DNA of 24,000 bases, from positions 21,284 through 45,283 of the forward strand of contig CAIOZU010000036.1 of assembly GCA_903862885.1 (NCBI GenBank). Reading direction: 5' to 3'. The notes below the pieces were generated by a model, which saw only the letters and a program-made list of their open reading frames with translations, did not search any database and was not told the origin of the DNA. The position numbers were made by a program, and so were the translations under genes. Below, in pieces: positions 22,441 to 24,000 of this stretch (position 1 is its first letter; the number at the start of each line of letters is the position of its first letter). This DNA is from an uncultured Pseudomonadota bacterium (lineage in GTDB: Bacteria; Pseudomonadota; Gammaproteobacteria; Steroidobacterales; Steroidobacteraceae).

Positions 22441-24000
22441 ATGCGGATCAATGTGCGGTGGTTGTTATTGCACCGCGGGAGGGGCATCGGGCACGTCTTG
22501 GGGCTTATCTTCGCTGTATCGAGTGGGTCGTCTGTGGCGACCGTTCAGGATGTTCTGCAGGAAGTGACCGTGACGGGGTCACTGATCCGTCAGAACCCGT
22601 TGGAAGTCCGATCACCCGTGCAGGTCTTTACATCGGCGGATATTGAGAAGTCCGGCATCGTTGGGCTGGGCGATTATCTTCAGTCGTTGCCTATCGCGGG
22701 GGCGTCGATCAATCGCAGCAACAACACCGCAGGCAATCTTGGATTTCCACCGGATGGGTCGGGCACCGGCACCGGTGCCTCAGAGATCGACCTGCGGTAT
22801 TTGGGTTCAAAGCGCACGCTGGTGCTAGTCGACGGACGTCGATGGGTGCATGGGTCCTCGGCGAGTGGTGTATCCGGTGCGGTGGATCTCAATACCATTC
22901 CGGCCAACGCCATCGAGTCCATTGAAATTCTACAAGACGGGGCCTCGACGATCTATGGCAGTGACGCGATTGCGGGTGTGGTGAATGTGATTACCCACAA
23001 GCGCTATGACGGCAAGTTCAATATTTCTCTTTATGATGGCGCTTATTCGGCAGGTGATGGACAGGCGACGACCATTGATGTGTCGTGGGGCGCCCAGTCG
23101 GATCAGTCACGGGTGTGGGTGGGCGCGAGCTACGAGGATCAGCGCCGAATCAATTCGGGTGACCGAGCCATTTCGGCCTATAGCATTCCCGGACTACCTA
23201 TTGGTGTGAGTTCCGGGACGCCGCAAGGCACATTCTTCTTCACGGATCCGCGCATACCCGATCCGCAGCAGCTGGGATTGAATCAGGTGGGCATCACACT
23301 CAATGGAGGCGCCATCAATACCGGTCAGACGGGTGTCTTGCCGCAATACGATCCTAATAATCCCTGTGGGGGCAGTTTTCACTGCTTTACGACGGCCGAT
23401 CGCTATAACTACCAGTCGGTGAATGTACTCGCGACACCCAATCAGCGCGTCAATTTATTTACAAAGGGGGAGTTGGATTTGTCATCGAGCGTATCACTGC
23501 ACGCAACGGCGGGAGTGACCCACAGACGATCGAGCTCGCAAGCAGCGCCGGAGCCGCTGTTCTTAGGGCCTGGCGGCGCGGGGGGGCAATGGCTGGAGAA
23601 TGTGGTCATTCCGGCGAATCAACTCTATAACCCGTTCGGTATCACCTTAGATTCTAGCAACATCGACACGCTGGCTCGCCGTCCACTGGAGGCAGGGCCT
23701 CGAATCTTTGAGCAGACCGTCAATACCTTTAACGTCACGGCGGGACTCGATGGGCGCCTCACGCTCGCTCGTCAAACGTGGTATTGGGACGTCACCGGCA
23801 GTTGGTTCCTGAACCATGCCAACCAACGTAAAGAAGGTGATTTTAACGCGCACAATTTAGTCATTGCGCTGGGTGATCCGCTGGTCTGTGCGGCAACCAA
23901 TGGCTGTGTGCCCTTCAATTTCTTCGGTGGGCAGGGAACCGGGTCGGGTTCGATTACCCAGGCGATGTTGGACTATGTGACCTACATTGAGCGGGACTCG
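22441..24000 (+). CDS. TonB-dependent outer-membrane receptor, N-terminal 520 aa (gene continues past the window end)
   Basis: Hand translation from ATG 22441 is open to the window end (1560 nt, in frame). It reads MRINVRWLLLHRGRGIGHVLGLIFAVSSGSSVATVQDVLQEVTVTGSLIRQNPLEVRSPVQVFTSADIEKSGIVGLGDYLQSLP...LRYLGSKRTLVLVDGRRW...IESIEILQDGASTIYGSDAIAGVVNVITHKRYDG. This is a TonB box plus plug domain followed by the start of the barrel. It is absent from the ORF track because it has no stop in the window. Confidence 0.9.
   Translation, partial: MRINVRWLLLHRGRGIGHVLGLIFAVSSGSSVATVQDVLQEVTVTGSLIRQNPLEVRSPVQVFTSADIEKSGIVGLGDYLQSLPIAGASINRSNNTAGNLGFPPDGSGTGTGASEIDLRYLGSKRTLVLVDGRRWVHGSSASGVSGAVDLNTIPANAIESIEILQDGASTIYGSDAIAGVVNVITHKRYDGKFNISLYDGAYSAGDGQATTIDVSWGAQSDQSRVWVGASYEDQRRINSGDRAISAYSIPGLPIGVSSGTPQGTFFFTDPRIPDPQQLGLNQVGITLNGGAINTGQTGVLPQYDPNNPCGGSFHCFTTADRYNYQSVNVLATPNQRVNLFTKGELDLSSSVSLHATAGVTHRRSSSQAAPEPLFLGPGGAGGQWLENVVIPANQLYNPFGITLDSSNIDTLARRPLEAGPRIFEQTVNTFNVTAGLDGRLTLARQTWYWDVTGSWFLNHANQRKEGDFNAHNLVIALGDPLVCAATNGCVPFNFFGGQGTGSGSITQAMLDYVTYIERDS

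Noticed and set aside
1-24000. Mobile elements, CRISPR arrays, tRNA/rRNA genes and known defence-system genes
   Set aside because: I scanned the intergenic regions and the ORF translations. I found no transposase or integrase motifs, no regularly spaced repeats beyond the 32-bp and 18-bp tracts reported above, and no tRNA-like T-arm (GGTTCGAATCC-type) sequences.

Overview
Gene-dense, high-GC chromosomal segment that looks proteobacterial. Hand counts of sampled 60-nt lines mostly give 36-46 G+C. I support about 21 protein-coding genes on both strands. I found no rRNA, tRNA, CRISPR array, transposase, integrase or phage gene. A marine gammaproteobacterial origin is a low-confidence guess from gene content. 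Gene order: (1) polar amino-acid ABC importer, with the ATPase truncated at the window edge and an unusual lipoprotein-anchored binding-domain/permease fusion; (2) orphan XdhC-family gene behind a 447-bp G-rich intergenic region; (3) LOG-family plus beta-CASP MBL hydrolase pair; (4) tightly packed minus-strand operon of a GcvT-family DmdA-like demethylase, DUF2182 and DUF1326, facing an acyl-CoA ligase plus hotdog thioesterase operon across a palindrome; (5) Zn alcohol dehydrogenase; (6) decayed remnant of a C39-peptidase/beta-barrel pair; (7) short LOV-like PAS protein lacking the photoactive cysteine, facing two NAD(P)-dependent reductase genes; (8) signal-peptide-bearing histidine/phenylalanine ammonia-lyase-fold protein without the MIO triad; (9) DUF1295 membrane protein; (10) a partly lower-GC stretch with a SnoaL-like lipoprotein, an unrecognisable 181-aa ORF and a divergent flavoprotein-monooxygenase-like gene; (11) small outer-membrane beta-barrel; (12) TonB-dependent receptor running off the window end. 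The best candidates for undescribed biology are the DmdA-like/DUF2182/DUF1326 operon, the secreted MIO-less lyase-fold protein, the cysteine-less short LOV-like protein and the split or permuted binding-domain architecture of the ABC fusion. All family assignments come from motif recognition by eye; no database search was run.
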